DNA of 64,000 nucleotides from Chloroflexota bacterium (GCA_022820025.1 JAJEGF010000038.1:72827-136826); one strand, 5' to 3'. Shown: positions 19,993 to 29,998, counted from the first letter of the stretch. The notes: generated by a model from the letters alone, not told the origin. Program-made: numbers and translations.

Positions 19993-20774
19993 GACGCCGG
20001 AACGCGCGCCCGCAGGTAGTCCAGCGCCGGCCCGGCCTGCGACGCAAAGTCGGTGAAGCGCTTGCCGTTGTCCTCCACGCTCATGCGCAGGTCATAGCCT
20101 GTGGCCAGCAGGGCGTCCAGGAAGTCGTCGAACCCGGGATCCGTCGGCTGCTCCGGCGCGCTGGGAATGGGAGGCACGGGCACGTGGATGTGACGCAGAC
20201 GCGGCGCGACTTCGGCCAGGGTGGCCAGCGGCTCGTCGTTGTGAAAGACGTGGAACCAGTCGGCCAGCGTCCATACCCTGGGATGTCCGCTCTGCCGGGC
20301 GGCCACGAAACCTTCGACGATGGTGTTGATGGTGTCGCACACGTCGCGCCAGAGGGGTTCGATGACCAGGTCCATGTCGTGATCGGCCGCGATGCCGCCG
20401 GCCAGAAGCAGGAAGTCCTGCAACTGCCCCGGCACCAGGTGATGGTCGAACCCCGGCGGCGTGGAGCGGGCGCCGCCGCTGCCGAATACCACCAGCCGCG
20501 TCCCCAGGTCACGCATCCGGCCCATCGCCGTGGTCACGTAGGCGCGCAGGCCTTCCAGGTCGCGCTCCGGTCCCACCACGGGATGGTGAGGCGGGATGAA
20601 CACGTTAAGGGCCTCCGGCGGCAGGCCCGCGTCTTCGATCCGGCGCTTGATCGGGGCGTAGACGGTCTCGTCGTCGTCGGGCCGCAGGTCGACCACGCGC
20701 AGTTCGGCGTAGTCATAGCCGGCGGCGCGCATGGCCGGCATGTTCTCGATAGGTCCGCAGCAGCCGAATCGCAT
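19989..20774 (-). CDS. Sugar phosphate isomerase/epimerase (xylose-isomerase-like TIM barrel)
   Basis: MRFGCCGPIENMP... with an internal ATG at 20774 preferred over the extended track start. Confidence 0.65.
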   Translation of the reverse strand: MRFGCCGPIENMPAMRAAGYDYAELRVVDLRPDDDETVYAPIKRRIEDAGLPPEALNVFIPPHHPVVGPERDLEGLRAYVTTAMGRMRDLGTRLVVFGSGGARSTPPGFDHHLVPGQLQDFLLLAGGIAADHDMDLVIEPLWRDVCDTINTIVEGFVAARQSGHPRVWTLADWFHVFHNDEPLATLAEVAPRLRHIHVPVPPIPSAPEQPTDPGFDDFLDALLATGYDLRMSVEDNGKRFTDFASQAGPALDYLRARVPAS

Positions 20775-20851
20775 AGGGCGCGTATCCATTCTCAGGCCAG
20801 GCTGCCGGGCATGGTACGCGAGCGCCGACACCAACCCGAGAGGACCGCCGC

Positions 20852-21526
20852 GTGACCTACGACGACCAGAACGAACTGCTGGAGGTCGTCACCCCCGACG
20901 GTCGCTCAACCGGGCGCCTGCTGCCGCGCATCCGGATTCACCGGGAGGGTCACTGGCATCGCACGCGCACGGTCTGGGTGGTGCTGACTGGCGAACCTTA
21001 CGGCCCGGGCCTGGTGCTCCAGCAACGCGGCTTTACGAAGGACACGTGGGGCGGCTTGCTGGACGTCAGCAGCGCGGGCCATTTGGCGCCCGACGAGCCG
21101 GACCCGTGGCGCGAACTGGAGGAAGAGCTGGGCGTTCGGCCTACCGACGGACCGCTCATCCAGCTTGGCACCCGGCGCGTCGAGGGCGCCCATCCACGCG
21201 AAGGACTGGTGGATCGGGAGTTGCAGGACCTGTGGCTCTGGCTGGCGCCGCTCTCGCTCGAGGACTTGCGCCCGCAGCCCGTCGAGCTCGAGGCCCTGCT
21301 CAGCCTCGATCTGGCCGTCGTGCCCGACCTGGAGAAGCCTGACGCCCGCGTGCCGGCGCGTCGACTGGACGCTGCGACCCGCACCGTGTCGTCCGCCGTC
21401 ATCACGGACGCCGAGATGACCCCGGGCCTCGGTCCCTTCGCCACTCACCTCGCGCAACTGGCCGGGCGCGCCCTGGCGGGCGAACGCGACTTGCGCTACG
21501 ACTCCAGCTTCGACCTCCGGGCTTAA
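20852..21526 (+). CDS. NUDIX hydrolase
   Basis: Nudix box GHLAPDEPDPWRELEEELGV (GX5EX7REUXEEXGU-like). Confidence 0.8.
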   Translation: MTYDDQNELLEVVTPDGRSTGRLLPRIRIHREGHWHRTRTVWVVLTGEPYGPGLVLQQRGFTKDTWGGLLDVSSAGHLAPDEPDPWRELEEELGVRPTDGPLIQLGTRRVEGAHPREGLVDRELQDLWLWLAPLSLEDLRPQPVELEALLSLDLAVVPDLEKPDARVPARRLDAATRTVSSAVITDAEMTPGLGPFATHLAQLAGRALAGERDLRYDSSFDLRA

Positions 21527-21534
21527 ACCTGACG

Positions 21535-21567
21535 GGCCGGGCCGCTCTCGGCGACCCGGCCCGCTGG
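21535..21567. terminator. GC-rich hairpin between convergent genes
   Basis: CGGGCCGGG ... CCCGGCCCG inverted repeat. Confidence 0.4.
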
Positions 21568-21587
21568 GGGAGGGAGGGGGATGTGGA

Positions 21588-22526
21588 TTAGCTGACGGTG
21601 ATGTCGCTCACACCGGCCTCGATCTTGATCGTGACCCGGTTGGCGGCGCTCTCGAAGTCGGGCGAGACGTAGCGGTCGCCCTGCTTCGGGAACCGCGACT
21701 CGTCGATGTTGAGACTCGAGATTCCGCCGTCAAAGTCGATCTGCGCGGCGACGCCGGCCGGAACCGTGATGTCCAGGTCAGCCGCGCCGATGCTGAACTC
21801 GGCGGTCGTGCGCCCGGCATTGGCCGGCAGCACCACGTCAATGTCCGCGGCGCCCCCGTCGACGTTCAGTCTCTGCACATTCAGCTCCCGCAGGTCGAGA
21901 TCAAGGTCCGATGCTCCCGTCTCTATACGGATATCGGATGGAATGCCCTCGGCGTGACGCAGGATCCAGCGCGGCGAAGACGGACCGCCCCGACGCGGCG
22001 GGAACTGGAAGTTCCAGTCGGTGTTGAGGCGCACGTCCATCGTGCTCCGGCCTCCCGATCTGATCACGCTCACACGCTGTTCCGACGCTTCGGCCACGGT
22101 CCCCTGTGATCCGCCGGAGAGCAAAAGGCCCGACGGGGCGCCGCTCGTCAGCGTGAGGTCGCCGGCGGCCACCGTCAGGTTCAGGCGCGCCGACTGCGCG
22201 CCTTCGCTCTTCACCGAGATCGATTCGCTGGTGATGGACAAGCTATGCGAGGTCGAGGGGTTGGCCACCGCCAGCACCCACGCCGCGGCCAGCGAGCCCG
22301 TGACCACGGCCAGCGCGGCCAGCGAGCCAATCCAGGCGCGCTGCCGGGACAGGATCAGGTTCGCGCCGATCGCCACCAGCAGCAGCGGCCAGAGGGTCCA
22401 GAACTCGCCCCAGAAACCGTCGGGCAGCACGTTGAAGTTCCAGAGCAGCCCGAACACGCCGAGCAGAATCAGCGCGCCGGCAAAGCCAAAGCCGGACTGC
22501 CTGGCCAGGGATCTTGAATCGTTCAT
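21588..22526 (-). CDS. LiaF-like / DUF4097 'toastrack' membrane protein (paralog 1)
   Basis: N-terminal TM region LWNFNVLPDGFWGEFWTLWPLLL; C-terminal beta-rich repeats (DIDVVLPANAGRTTAEF..DLDITVPAGVAAQIDFDGG). ATG at 22526 overlaps the upstream stop (ATGA). Confidence 0.7.
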   Translation of the reverse strand: MNDSRSLARQSGFGFAGALILLGVFGLLWNFNVLPDGFWGEFWTLWPLLLVAIGANLILSRQRAWIGSLAALAVVTGSLAAAWVLAVANPSTSHSLSITSESISVKSEGAQSARLNLTVAAGDLTLTSGAPSGLLLSGGSQGTVAEASEQRVSVIRSGGRSTMDVRLNTDWNFQFPPRRGGPSSPRWILRHAEGIPSDIRIETGASDLDLDLRELNVQRLNVDGGAADIDVVLPANAGRTTAEFSIGAADLDITVPAGVAAQIDFDGGISSLNIDESRFPKQGDRYVSPDFESAANRVTIKIEAGVSDITVS

Positions 22527-22753
22527 CACGACCTCCTGGCGTCGGCGAAGTAGCTGACGATCATGACCAGGCCGATTCCGATCAAAATCACCGGCCAAAG
22601 GTCTCCGAACTCAAGCCAGCCCAGCTCGTCCGCGAGAAAGACTGAGCCGAGCAGGACGAGAGCCGTGCCGCCCACCAGCGCGCTGTCCCCGCCGCGCCGC
22701 CGCCGCTTGCGAGCCGGCGCTGTGTCATTGCCCGTGTCGTTTGCAGCCATCAC
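22526..22753 (-). CDS. Small membrane protein with a DUF5668-like (LiaF/PspC-type) TM segment
   Basis: LGWLEFGDLWPVILIGIGLVMIV, 75 aa. Confidence 0.5.
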   Translation of the reverse strand: MMAANDTGNDTAPARKRRRRGGDSALVGGTALVLLGSVFLADELGWLEFGDLWPVILIGIGLVMIVSYFADARRS

Positions 22754-22759
22754 GACCCC

Positions 22760-23413
22760 CTAACGCATCCGGCCGAGGATCAGCGCGCCGCCGATCCCGA
22801 TGAGAATGAGCGGCCAGAACTGCCAGAAGCTGAACAGGCTGAACTGGTCCACCAGGGCCAACGCCCCGATGACGATCAGGATCGCGCCGATGACGAACGC
22901 GCCCTGGCCGCGCCGCCGCGCCGCCGCACGCCGGCGTCGGGTGCGCCGCCGCGAGTTCCTGCGCTCCCGTCGAGCCTCGCGCCGCCGCTCACGCGGGACT
23001 TCGGCTAGAGGCGCGTCGGAAGCGGCCGCGCTCGTTGCGGCGGCCGCCGCGGTTGCGCCGCCGTCGGTCTTGGGGTCGGCCTCCTCGTCCGCCGCGTCCT
23101 TCTCCTTGTCGTCGGCCTCGCCAGCCTCCTGGCCGTCAGACGCTTCTTCGGTGGACGCGTCCTTGACCTCCTCGTCCAGGTCTTCGTCCTCGTAATCCTC
23201 TTCGTCGTCATACTCATCCGCGTCGTCCGGCGGCGAGGGCATGATGATTGCCATCACGAAGTAGACGATGAGCAGCAGCCCGCCCGTAAAGAGGGCGCCC
23301 AGGACCCAAAGCAGCCGGATGATCACCGGGTCGACGTCGAAGTACTCCGCCATCCCGCCGGCCACGCCCGTGAGCATTCGGTCCGAGTGGCTGCGGGTGA
23401 GCCGGTTGTCCAT
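22760..23413 (-). CDS. PspC-domain envelope stress protein
   Basis: RSHSDRMLTGVAGGMAEYFDVDPVIIRLLWVLGAL PspC domain, acidic then basic linker, C-terminal LiaF-type TM region. Confidence 0.8.
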   Translation of the reverse strand: MDNRLTRSHSDRMLTGVAGGMAEYFDVDPVIIRLLWVLGALFTGGLLLIVYFVMAIIMPSPPDDADEYDDEEDYEDEDLDEEVKDASTEEASDGQEAGEADDKEKDAADEEADPKTDGGATAAAAATSAAASDAPLAEVPRERRREARRERRNSRRRTRRRRAAARRRGQGAFVIGAILIVIGALALVDQFSLFSFWQFWPLILIGIGGALILGRMR

Positions 23414-23567
23414 GAAGGGCCTTTCCGCGGTTGTGTGAGTCGTGCATAGTCACGGTAAGCCGTGAGCGGCGCCTCGCCATCGCCCCAAGGCCGTAATTTT
23501 CGGCCCGCCGGATCGGCCAAAAGGACTAGGCCCGCCAGGCCGGCCGGCGACAGCCGGGGGTTGGGGA

Positions 23568-24494
23568 CTAGCGGACGGTGATGTCGCCCGCGCCCGCGTG
23601 GACGGTGATCATCACCCGGTTGGCGGCAGTATCGAAGTCGGGCGAAACGTAGCTGCCGTCGCCCTGTACCAGGAAGCGCGACGTGTCGATGGCGGCGCCC
23701 GGCGCGCCGCCTTCGAAGTCGATCCGGGCCGCCACGCCCGCCGGAACCGTGATGTGCAGGCTGGTCGCGGTGCCCTCGAACTCGACACTGGTGCGTCCGG
23801 CATCGGCCGGCAGTGTGACCTTGATGTCGGCCGCACCCAGAGCGACCTGCAGGGTTTTCAGGTTCAACGCCCGGAGGTTGAGATCGAGGGTGGTCGCGCC
23901 GCCGGCCACCCGGAGGTCGGTCGACACCCCGTTGGCGAGGCGTAGATTCCAATGGCCCGACGAGATGGGGCGACGCGGTGGGAATGGAATCTCCCAGGAG
24001 CCCAGCAGACTGACATCCAGCGTGCGCCGGCTGCCCGCGGTACGCATGCCCGCGGAGAACTGGGCCGCCGGGATGGCCATGCCCTGGAAGTCGCCGGCCA
24101 CCAACTGCCCGTCCGGTGCATGGCCGCCAAGCGCGAGAACGCCGCTGGATGTGGTCAGGTTCAGCTCCACAGTCTCGACGCCGTCCAGCGGCACCGAGAT
24201 CGACTCGTAGGTTCTCGGCAGGAGCGGTGGCCGATTCTCGTCGGCCGCTTGCCACCAGGCCGCGCCCAGGGTGACCGCGACGATGGCCATCGCCGCCAGC
24301 GAGCCCGCCCAGGGGCGCCAGCGCGACAGGAGCATGTTGACCACGGCGGCTGCCAGCAACAGGGGCCACAGGAGAAAGAACTCCTCCCAGAAGCCGTCGG
24401 GCAGGACGTCGAAATTCCAGAGCAGCACGAAGACGCCAACAAGTAGCAGGCTGCCGACCAGAGCAAAGCCGTTGCGCTGTGCTCGCTCCTTCAT
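23568..24494 (-). CDS. LiaF-like / DUF4097 'toastrack' membrane protein (paralog 2)
   Basis: Collinear similarity to 21588..22526 (LLWNFDVLPDGFWEEFFLLWPLLL; ...DIKVTLPADAGRTSVEF...). ATG at 24494 preferred; the 182-aa Arg-rich N-terminal extension in the track looks spurious. Confidence 0.7.
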   Translation of the reverse strand: MKERAQRNGFALVGSLLLVGVFVLLWNFDVLPDGFWEEFFLLWPLLLAAAVVNMLLSRWRPWAGSLAAMAIVAVTLGAAWWQAADENRPPLLPRTYESISVPLDGVETVELNLTTSSGVLALGGHAPDGQLVAGDFQGMAIPAAQFSAGMRTAGSRRTLDVSLLGSWEIPFPPRRPISSGHWNLRLANGVSTDLRVAGGATTLDLNLRALNLKTLQVALGAADIKVTLPADAGRTSVEFEGTATSLHITVPAGVAARIDFEGGAPGAAIDTSRFLVQGDGSYVSPDFDTAANRVMITVHAGAGDITVR

Positions 24495-24924
24495 CCGGCC
24501 CTCCTGAATCGCCCGCCCGGGTTGAGGGTCAGTGTGACGCCCACCGCTCCAGGGTTTCGGCTGTGAAGTCGCGTACCTTAGCCAGGCGCACTGGCCTGGC
24601 AGGGTTGGAGCGCCGATCAGGATACGGTCCTGCCGACCAGGCGGCCGCCGAGAACCCAGGCAGGAGTTGGACAATGCGGAACCGGATGTCCAAGTACGCC
24701 CCGATTCTCTCCGCTGCACCGGCGGCCATCGCTCGGTATTGCGCCTCGACGGCGGCCGGACTGTGGCTCTGCGACTCCTCGGCTGAGGCCCCACCGCGAG
24801 ACTGCGTTTCGCCGTGAAACGGCGGTCGCCATCGCCCCAAGGCCGAGATCTGCGGGTCGTCGAACCGGGCGCCGGGGCTGGACCCGGCGGGCCCAATGGC
24901 CAATCGGCGCAGCGATCCGAGTCG

Positions 24925-25680
24925 GTGCGCCTGCACGTGTTCCTGGCCCGCACCGGCGCTGGATCGCGCCGCGCGATGGAAGCGGCCATCAGTGCGGGAC
25001 GCGTCCAGGTTGACGGCCGGGTGGTGACGACGCTCGGCATGCGGATCGATCCTGCGCGCGCCGAGGTGCGGCTGGATGGTCAGCCCGTCGGCTCTTCGTC
25101 CGAATGCCGCCTGGTGGTTGCCGTCCATAAGCCACCTGGCGTCATTTCAACCGCGCGCGATCCGGAGGGACGCCCCACCGTGCTGGACCTGCTGCCGGCG
25201 GACCTGCGGGACGCGCGGCTCTACCCGGTGGGACGCCTGGACGCGCCCTCCACGGGCCTGGTGCTGCTTACGAACGACGGCGACCTGGCCGAACGCCTGA
25301 TGCATCCGCGCTACGGGCACGAGCGCGAGTATGCGGTGGAGGTGCGCGGCAATCCGCCGCGCGATCTGGCCACGCGCTTCGCCGAAGGCATCTCGATCGG
25401 CGATCCCAGGCCCGCCCGCGCGGAGGTGCGAAATCTACGCCAGCACCGCGGCGGCGCCACGCTGCGCCTGGTCCTGCGCGAAGGTCGCAACCGACAGATT
25501 CGCCGCATGCTCAGCGCCGTTGGCGCGAAGGTCGTGACCCTGCGCCGACTGCGCATCGCCACCGTTCGCCTCGGCGGGCTGGCGCCCGGCGCGGCGCGGG
25601 TGCTCACCGCGAGCCAGTGCGCCGAGCTTCAAGCCGCGGTCGCTAGTCGCCCGTCAGCTTCCGCCGCTGATCCGCGGTAA
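24925..25680 (+). CDS. Pseudouridine synthase, RsuA/RluB family
   Basis: S4 domain (RLHVFLARTGAGSRR) and catalytic YPVGRLDAPSTGLVLLTNDG. Start is uncertain (GTG 24925 or ATG 24814). Confidence 0.8.
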   Translation: MRLHVFLARTGAGSRRAMEAAISAGRVQVDGRVVTTLGMRIDPARAEVRLDGQPVGSSSECRLVVAVHKPPGVISTARDPEGRPTVLDLLPADLRDARLYPVGRLDAPSTGLVLLTNDGDLAERLMHPRYGHEREYAVEVRGNPPRDLATRFAEGISIGDPRPARAEVRNLRQHRGGATLRLVLREGRNRQIRRMLSAVGAKVVTLRRLRIATVRLGGLAPGAARVLTASQCAELQAAVASRPSASAADPR

Positions 25681-26419
25681 GCGACCAGCCCACCGCGCCC
25701 ACGGCTTCGTCCACCCGCTCCACCCGGTCGGTCTTGGGAATCGCCATCACGCCCGGTCGGTCGATCACCCAGTTCAGCAGCACCTGCGCCGGAGTCTTGC
25801 CGACTTCAGCCGCCACCTCGTCCAGCCGCTTGAGGGCCGGGTCGCCGAATTGTCCCTTGACCAGCGGGCTGAAGCCGATCACCGTCACGCCGTGCTCCTG
25901 GCAGTACGGCAGCACGGCGTCCTCGATCTGGCGGGCGGCCACGCTGTAGCGCACCTGGTTGGCCACCAGCGGAACGTCGCCCAGCGCGTCCTGCGCCTCC
26001 TGCATGTCATCCACCGAGTAGTTGCTGACTCCCACAAAACGCACCTTGCCGTCGGCGACGAGTCGGCGCATGGCGCGCATGGTCTCCGGAATGGGGATGT
26101 CGGGGTTGGGGTGATGCACCTGGTACAGGTCGATCCGGTCCGTCTCCAGGCGCTTCAGGCTGGCCTCGGCGTGGGACAGCACGTCGTCATAGGCCAGGTT
26201 CGCCGGCGAGACCTTGGTGGCGATGAAGTACTCGTCGCGCAGGTCGCCGATGTCTTGCGCCACCTGCGCTTCCGAGCCGTAGGCCTCGGCCGTGTCCACA
26301 AAGGCCGCGCCCAGTTCGTGCGCGCGGCGCAGCACGCCCGCGCCGCCCCGGTACTGCCAGGCGCCAAACCCGATCTTGGGAATCTGTGTCGTCGTTCGTC
26401 CGAGTGGCAGGTACTCCAT
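25643..26419 (-). CDS. Aldo/keto reductase
   Basis: MEYLPLGRT...FGAWQYRGG...AFVDTAEAYG and the rest of the AKR fold; ATG at 26419. Confidence 0.85.
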   Translation of the reverse strand: MEYLPLGRTTTQIPKIGFGAWQYRGGAGVLRRAHELGAAFVDTAEAYGSEAQVAQDIGDLRDEYFIATKVSPANLAYDDVLSHAEASLKRLETDRIDLYQVHHPNPDIPIPETMRAMRRLVADGKVRFVGVSNYSVDDMQEAQDALGDVPLVANQVRYSVAARQIEDAVLPYCQEHGVTVIGFSPLVKGQFGDPALKRLDEVAAEVGKTPAQVLLNWVIDRPGVMAIPKTDRVERVDEAVGAVGWSLTADQRRKLTGD

Positions 26420-26535
26420 GGCGCGCTCGCGTGCGGGCTGTCCCGTAGGACTATGACGGCGCGCGCCGGTCATGTCGAATCCCCGGCTTCGAGCTGTGGG
26501 AGACTGCCCGCCCACCCGCTCGTTCAGGACTGCCC

Positions 26536-27504
26536 ATGCCGACGCGCGCGCCGATTGGCGGCGTGCCGCTCTTCGATTCGGCCGAAGGCGTCACGCTCCT
26601 CAGCCCGGAGGTCGACGCCCCCGGCTACTGGGTCGGCGCGCCCGCGCTCTGGCTGGACGAGGACGCGCTTTATCTGAGCGTCCGCTGGCGGCGGCCCTTG
26701 GAGGCGGGCCGCGGCTGGAAGTCCGAAATCTACCGGCTGCGCGACATCGCCACGCTGGAACCCGTCTGGGCCTGCACCGCGGATCAGTTCGACACAGAGT
26801 CCATCGAGCGCTCGGCCCTCGTCCGCATTCCCGGCGGCGCCTGGCGCTACTACGTCAGCTACCTCGACCCTTCCGACCGCCGCTGGCGCATCGACCTGCT
26901 GGAGGCCGACGAGCTCACCGCCCTCGACCCCGCCCGGCGCATTCCCGTGCTGGACGCCGCCAACACCTTCTCGGAAGGCGTCAAGGATCCTGTGGTGCTG
27001 CTGCTGGACGGGTTGTTCTACCTGTTCGCCGGCTATGGCCCGCGCGACCGCGTGGCGGACGGCGCGACCCCGGAACAGCTGCACGGCGCCGGCAACGTGT
27101 TCACCACCGGGCTGGTGGACCATCCCACCGGCCTCTGGGTCTCGGCCGACGGCCGCCGCTTCGGCTTCGAGCGCGACATCGTCACCCCCGGTGATGGCTG
27201 GGACGCCAACGTCACCCGCGTCAGCACCGTCATGCCCACCGACGCCGGCTTCCTGATCTACTACGACGGCCGCACGACCGAAGGCGACGTGTACGAAGAC
27301 CGCACCGGCATGGTCTTCTCGCAGGACCTCAGCACCACCGTGCGCCACTCCAACGACGGTCCGCTGCTGCAGGGCCACGCCGGCGCCCGCTGCTTGCGCT
27401 ACCTGGACTACGCCGTGCTGGGCGATTCCCTCTTTTACGTCTACGAGACCTCCACCGCCAACGGCGCCCACGAACTCCGCGCCAGCAGGGCCCGGCTGCA
27501 GTAG
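26536..27504 (+). CDS. Hypothetical beta-propeller-like protein (possible glycoside-hydrolase-like fold)
   Basis: 322-aa ORF with good coding periodicity and no recognisable catalytic motif. Confidence 0.5.
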   Translation: MPTRAPIGGVPLFDSAEGVTLLSPEVDAPGYWVGAPALWLDEDALYLSVRWRRPLEAGRGWKSEIYRLRDIATLEPVWACTADQFDTESIERSALVRIPGGAWRYYVSYLDPSDRRWRIDLLEADELTALDPARRIPVLDAANTFSEGVKDPVVLLLDGLFYLFAGYGPRDRVADGATPEQLHGAGNVFTTGLVDHPTGLWVSADGRRFGFERDIVTPGDGWDANVTRVSTVMPTDAGFLIYYDGRTTEGDVYEDRTGMVFSQDLSTTVRHSNDGPLLQGHAGARCLRYLDYAVLGDSLFYVYETSTANGAHELRASRARLQ

Positions 27505-27646
27505 CCCAAATCGAGGAAAACCGGCCGGACAACGGATCGGGCCGGCCCGCGTAAACTAGCCGCGCTTTGTGCCGGCGGCGGATAGCGGCCCGGCCCACAC
27601 GAATCGCTCAGAACGTGCTGCAGTTGAGTCAGGCGAGGCGGGGCTG

Positions 27647-28369
27647 ATGGACCTTGGGCAGATCGTCCAGGACATCGTGAAGGACCCGGCCGCGCTCGGC
27701 CAGATCATCCTCTTCGACCTGATTCTCAGCGGCGACAACGCCGTGGTCATCGGGGTCGTCGCCAGCCGGTTGCAGGGGCGCCAACGGCGCTGGGCCATCA
27801 TCATTGGAGCCGGCGGCGCCGTGGTGCTGCGCATCGCGCTGGCCTCCATCGCCACCCTCCTCCTGCAGGCGCCGGCCATTTCCTTGATCGGGGGCCTGGC
27901 CCTGTTCTGGGTCGCCTGGCGGCTGCTGAAGCCCGAGGGCGACGAGGAGCACGAGGCCGCCACCTCCTTTCCGGAAGCACTTCGCCTGATCATCCTGGCC
28001 GACGTGGTCATGAGCCTGGACAACGTGCTGACCGTCGCGGGCACGGCCCACGGCAACATTCCGCTGTTGGTCTTCGGCCTGGCGCTGTCCATCCCGCTGC
28101 TGTTCGTCGGCGCCGGCCTGATCGCGCTGGCCACCGAAAAGGCGCCGATCATCATCTACATCGGCAGCGCGCTCATCTTCCGTATCGCCGTGGTGCTGAT
28201 CGTGGACGACAAGCTCCTGCACGACTTCCTGACGCCCAGCCTCTGGTTCGAGCACGTGATCCCATGGGCCGTGGCGTTTGGCGGTCCCGCCCTCTACGTC
28301 GCGCTGGCCCGCCGCGCCGGCCGTACCATCGTTCCGTTCTGGACCAACCCGTTCGCTAAAGAGGCCTGA
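27647..28369 (+). CDS. TerC family integral membrane protein
   Basis: LSGDNAVVIGVVA and MSLDNVLTVAGTA paired motifs. Confidence 0.8.
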   Translation: MDLGQIVQDIVKDPAALGQIILFDLILSGDNAVVIGVVASRLQGRQRRWAIIIGAGGAVVLRIALASIATLLLQAPAISLIGGLALFWVAWRLLKPEGDEEHEAATSFPEALRLIILADVVMSLDNVLTVAGTAHGNIPLLVFGLALSIPLLFVGAGLIALATEKAPIIIYIGSALIFRIAVVLIVDDKLLHDFLTPSLWFEHVIPWAVAFGGPALYVALARRAGRTIVPFWTNPFAKEA

Positions 28370-28882
28370 CGAGTTGGGCGGTGAGACTGGCGCCTAGCGC
28401 CGGAGCGGCGTCGGGCGTCCCCGGCAGCGAACAGCGGGCCAGCAGCAGGACGTCCAGCCGCGCATTCACGGCGTTGGCGTCGGCGTGCTGGCGGTCGCTC
28501 AGCCGCTCGATGCTGGCGCTGGTTTCGGCCCGCTAGATAGGGGCTTCAACCCACATAGTGCCGACTTTGTCGCGAACTTCGCTTCGCACCACGCCGAGTC
28601 TGCTCTGTGGGCTGATTTCTCAGATGCGCTAAGCGACGGTTAGCGTCGCTCGAGAGCTTCATCGCGACAGCGCCAACCACAAGGATCACTATGGCCCCTG
28701 TTCCAATGGTCGTTCCTATGATGATCCACGTTTCTGTGCTCAAGGAAGGGCGCTCCGGCTACGGAAAAGGGGCTGATTTCAACGTAGCACGCAGCGGCGC
28801 GCTGGGTGCAAGCGCTCCGACGTTGGCCGTGCGAACGTGCGACGATGGCGCGCCCACCGCCCACCGCTCACCCGAGGTCCCC

Positions 28883-29260
28883 ATGTACAAGCTCCTGCAC
28901 ACCCGTATCCGCGTCAGCGACCTGGACCAGTCGATCCGCTTCTACGAGGACCACCTGGGGTTCAAGCTCCTCAGCCGCTCCGACCGCTCGCCCGCCGGCA
29001 ACCAGATCGTCCACCTGGAACTGCCGGGCAACGACCACACCATCGAGCTCACCTGGTCGGCCGACTACGAGCTCAACGTGCCCGAGGACCTCATGCACTT
29101 CGCCATCGGCGTGCCCGACCTGATCGCCTTCTGCGACGAACTGGAAGGCAAGGGGCTGGAAATCTGGCCCGATGACTGGCGCGAGACCTTCCCCACCGGC
29201 CGCAAGATGGCCTTCATCGACGACCCCGACGGCTACGAAATCGAATTGCTGGAGCGCTAG
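28883..29260 (+). CDS. Glyoxalase I / VOC family protein
   Basis: MYKLLHTRIRVSDLDQSIRFYEDHLGFKLL...; ATG at 28883. Confidence 0.8.
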   Translation: MYKLLHTRIRVSDLDQSIRFYEDHLGFKLLSRSDRSPAGNQIVHLELPGNDHTIELTWSADYELNVPEDLMHFAIGVPDLIAFCDELEGKGLEIWPDDWRETFPTGRKMAFIDDPDGYEIELLER

Positions 29261-29311
29261 GGCGTACGGAAGGCCATCGGCCGTCTCGCACTGAAGGCGC
29301 CGCAGCGCGGA

Positions 29312-29704
29312 CTACTCGAAGAGGTCGAACCCTTCGGTCTGGAAGTCGGCGTCGTAGGCCAGGGCGGTGGTCGACCGGTATTTGCGCATCACCACGAAGC
29401 TCATGCAGTCCACCAGGCTCAGGTCCCGCCGGTTGCGCTGCTCGAAGAGGGCCGTGGCTTCGGCGTGATCGTCGGGTGTGACCCAGTGCAGCGTGAAGTT
29501 CCGCGCGTCGGATAGAAACGCGCGGGCGCTGGGCATGCCAAGGCGACGCTGCAGGAGCGCGGCGGTCTCGATCAGCACGTAGTTGTGCGTCAGCAGCGGC
29601 TGGCTGCTGGCCACGATGCGCTGCATGGCGCGCAGGGCGCGTTCGTGATGCAGGTCGTTGACGTCAGCCAGGGCCAGCGCGGCGGACGTGTCAAAGAAGA
29701 TCAG
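29312..29704 (-). CDS. PIN-domain toxin (VapC-like)
   Basis: The PIN N-terminus LIFFDTSAALALADVNDL starts at a CTG (29702-29704) that overlaps the antitoxin stop (CTGA). There is no ATG/GTG/TTG between the upstream in-frame stop and the listed M at 29626. Confidence 0.7.
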   Translation of the reverse strand: MIFFDTSAALALADVNDLHHERALRAMQRIVASSQPLLTHNYVLIETAALLQRRLGMPSARAFLSDARNFTLHWVTPDDHAEATALFEQRNRRDLSLVDCMSFVVMRKYRSTTALAYDADFQTEGFDLFE

Positions 29705-29949
29705 CCGCCAAAGTCCTCGGCCAGCGCCTCGTCGTGACGCTCCGATAGCGGCTGCGGACCGTCAGGCTGCGAGCGGCCCGAGCCGATGAAGCTGAAGCTC
29801 TCCAGCGAGTCCGGCCGCCTGGAGGGCGAGGCCACGTATTGCGCCACCGCTTCGCGGACGACCGCGGACATGGACTTGCCCTCCGCGAAGGCGCGCTGCT
29901 TCGCTAGCTCGTACAGCGGCTCGTCCAGTTGAATTTGCGTGCGCCGCAT
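29701..29949 (-). CDS. Ribbon-helix-helix antitoxin (VapB/CopG-like)
   Basis: RTQIQLDEPLYELAKQRAFAEGKSMSAVVREAV. Confidence 0.75.
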   Translation of the reverse strand: MRRTQIQLDEPLYELAKQRAFAEGKSMSAVVREAVAQYVASPSRRPDSLESFSFIGSGRSQPDGPQPLSERHDEALAEDFGG

Positions 29950-29961
29950 GCCTCAGGCTCC

Positions 29962-29998
29962 GTGCAACCAAGCATGTAAGCATGCCATCATGCTGTCA
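29962..29998. promoter_or_regulatory. Candidate operator upstream of the vapBC-1 operon
   Basis: caAGCATGtaAGCATGccatCATGCTgtCATGgc: direct and inverted AGCATG repeats. Confidence 0.4.

Noticed and set aside
23568-25040. 490-aa version of the LiaF-like paralog 2 with a 182-aa N-terminal extension
   Set aside because: The extension is Arg/Pro-rich, has no counterpart in paralog 1, and overlaps the shared upstream motif. The internal ATG at 24494 aligns with the paralog 1 start.
27505-27646. Possible yybP-ykoY (Mn2+) riboswitch in front of the TerC-family gene
   Set aside because: The leader lacks the conserved GGGGAGUAG and GAGAGAC elements of that riboswitch. Only gene context suggested it.
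28546-28743. 65-aa minus-strand ORF with one TM helix in the 500-bp gap upstream of gloA
   Set aside because: It has atypical codon usage, a short length and no homolog features. It is kept only as a low-confidence possibility, not a called gene.
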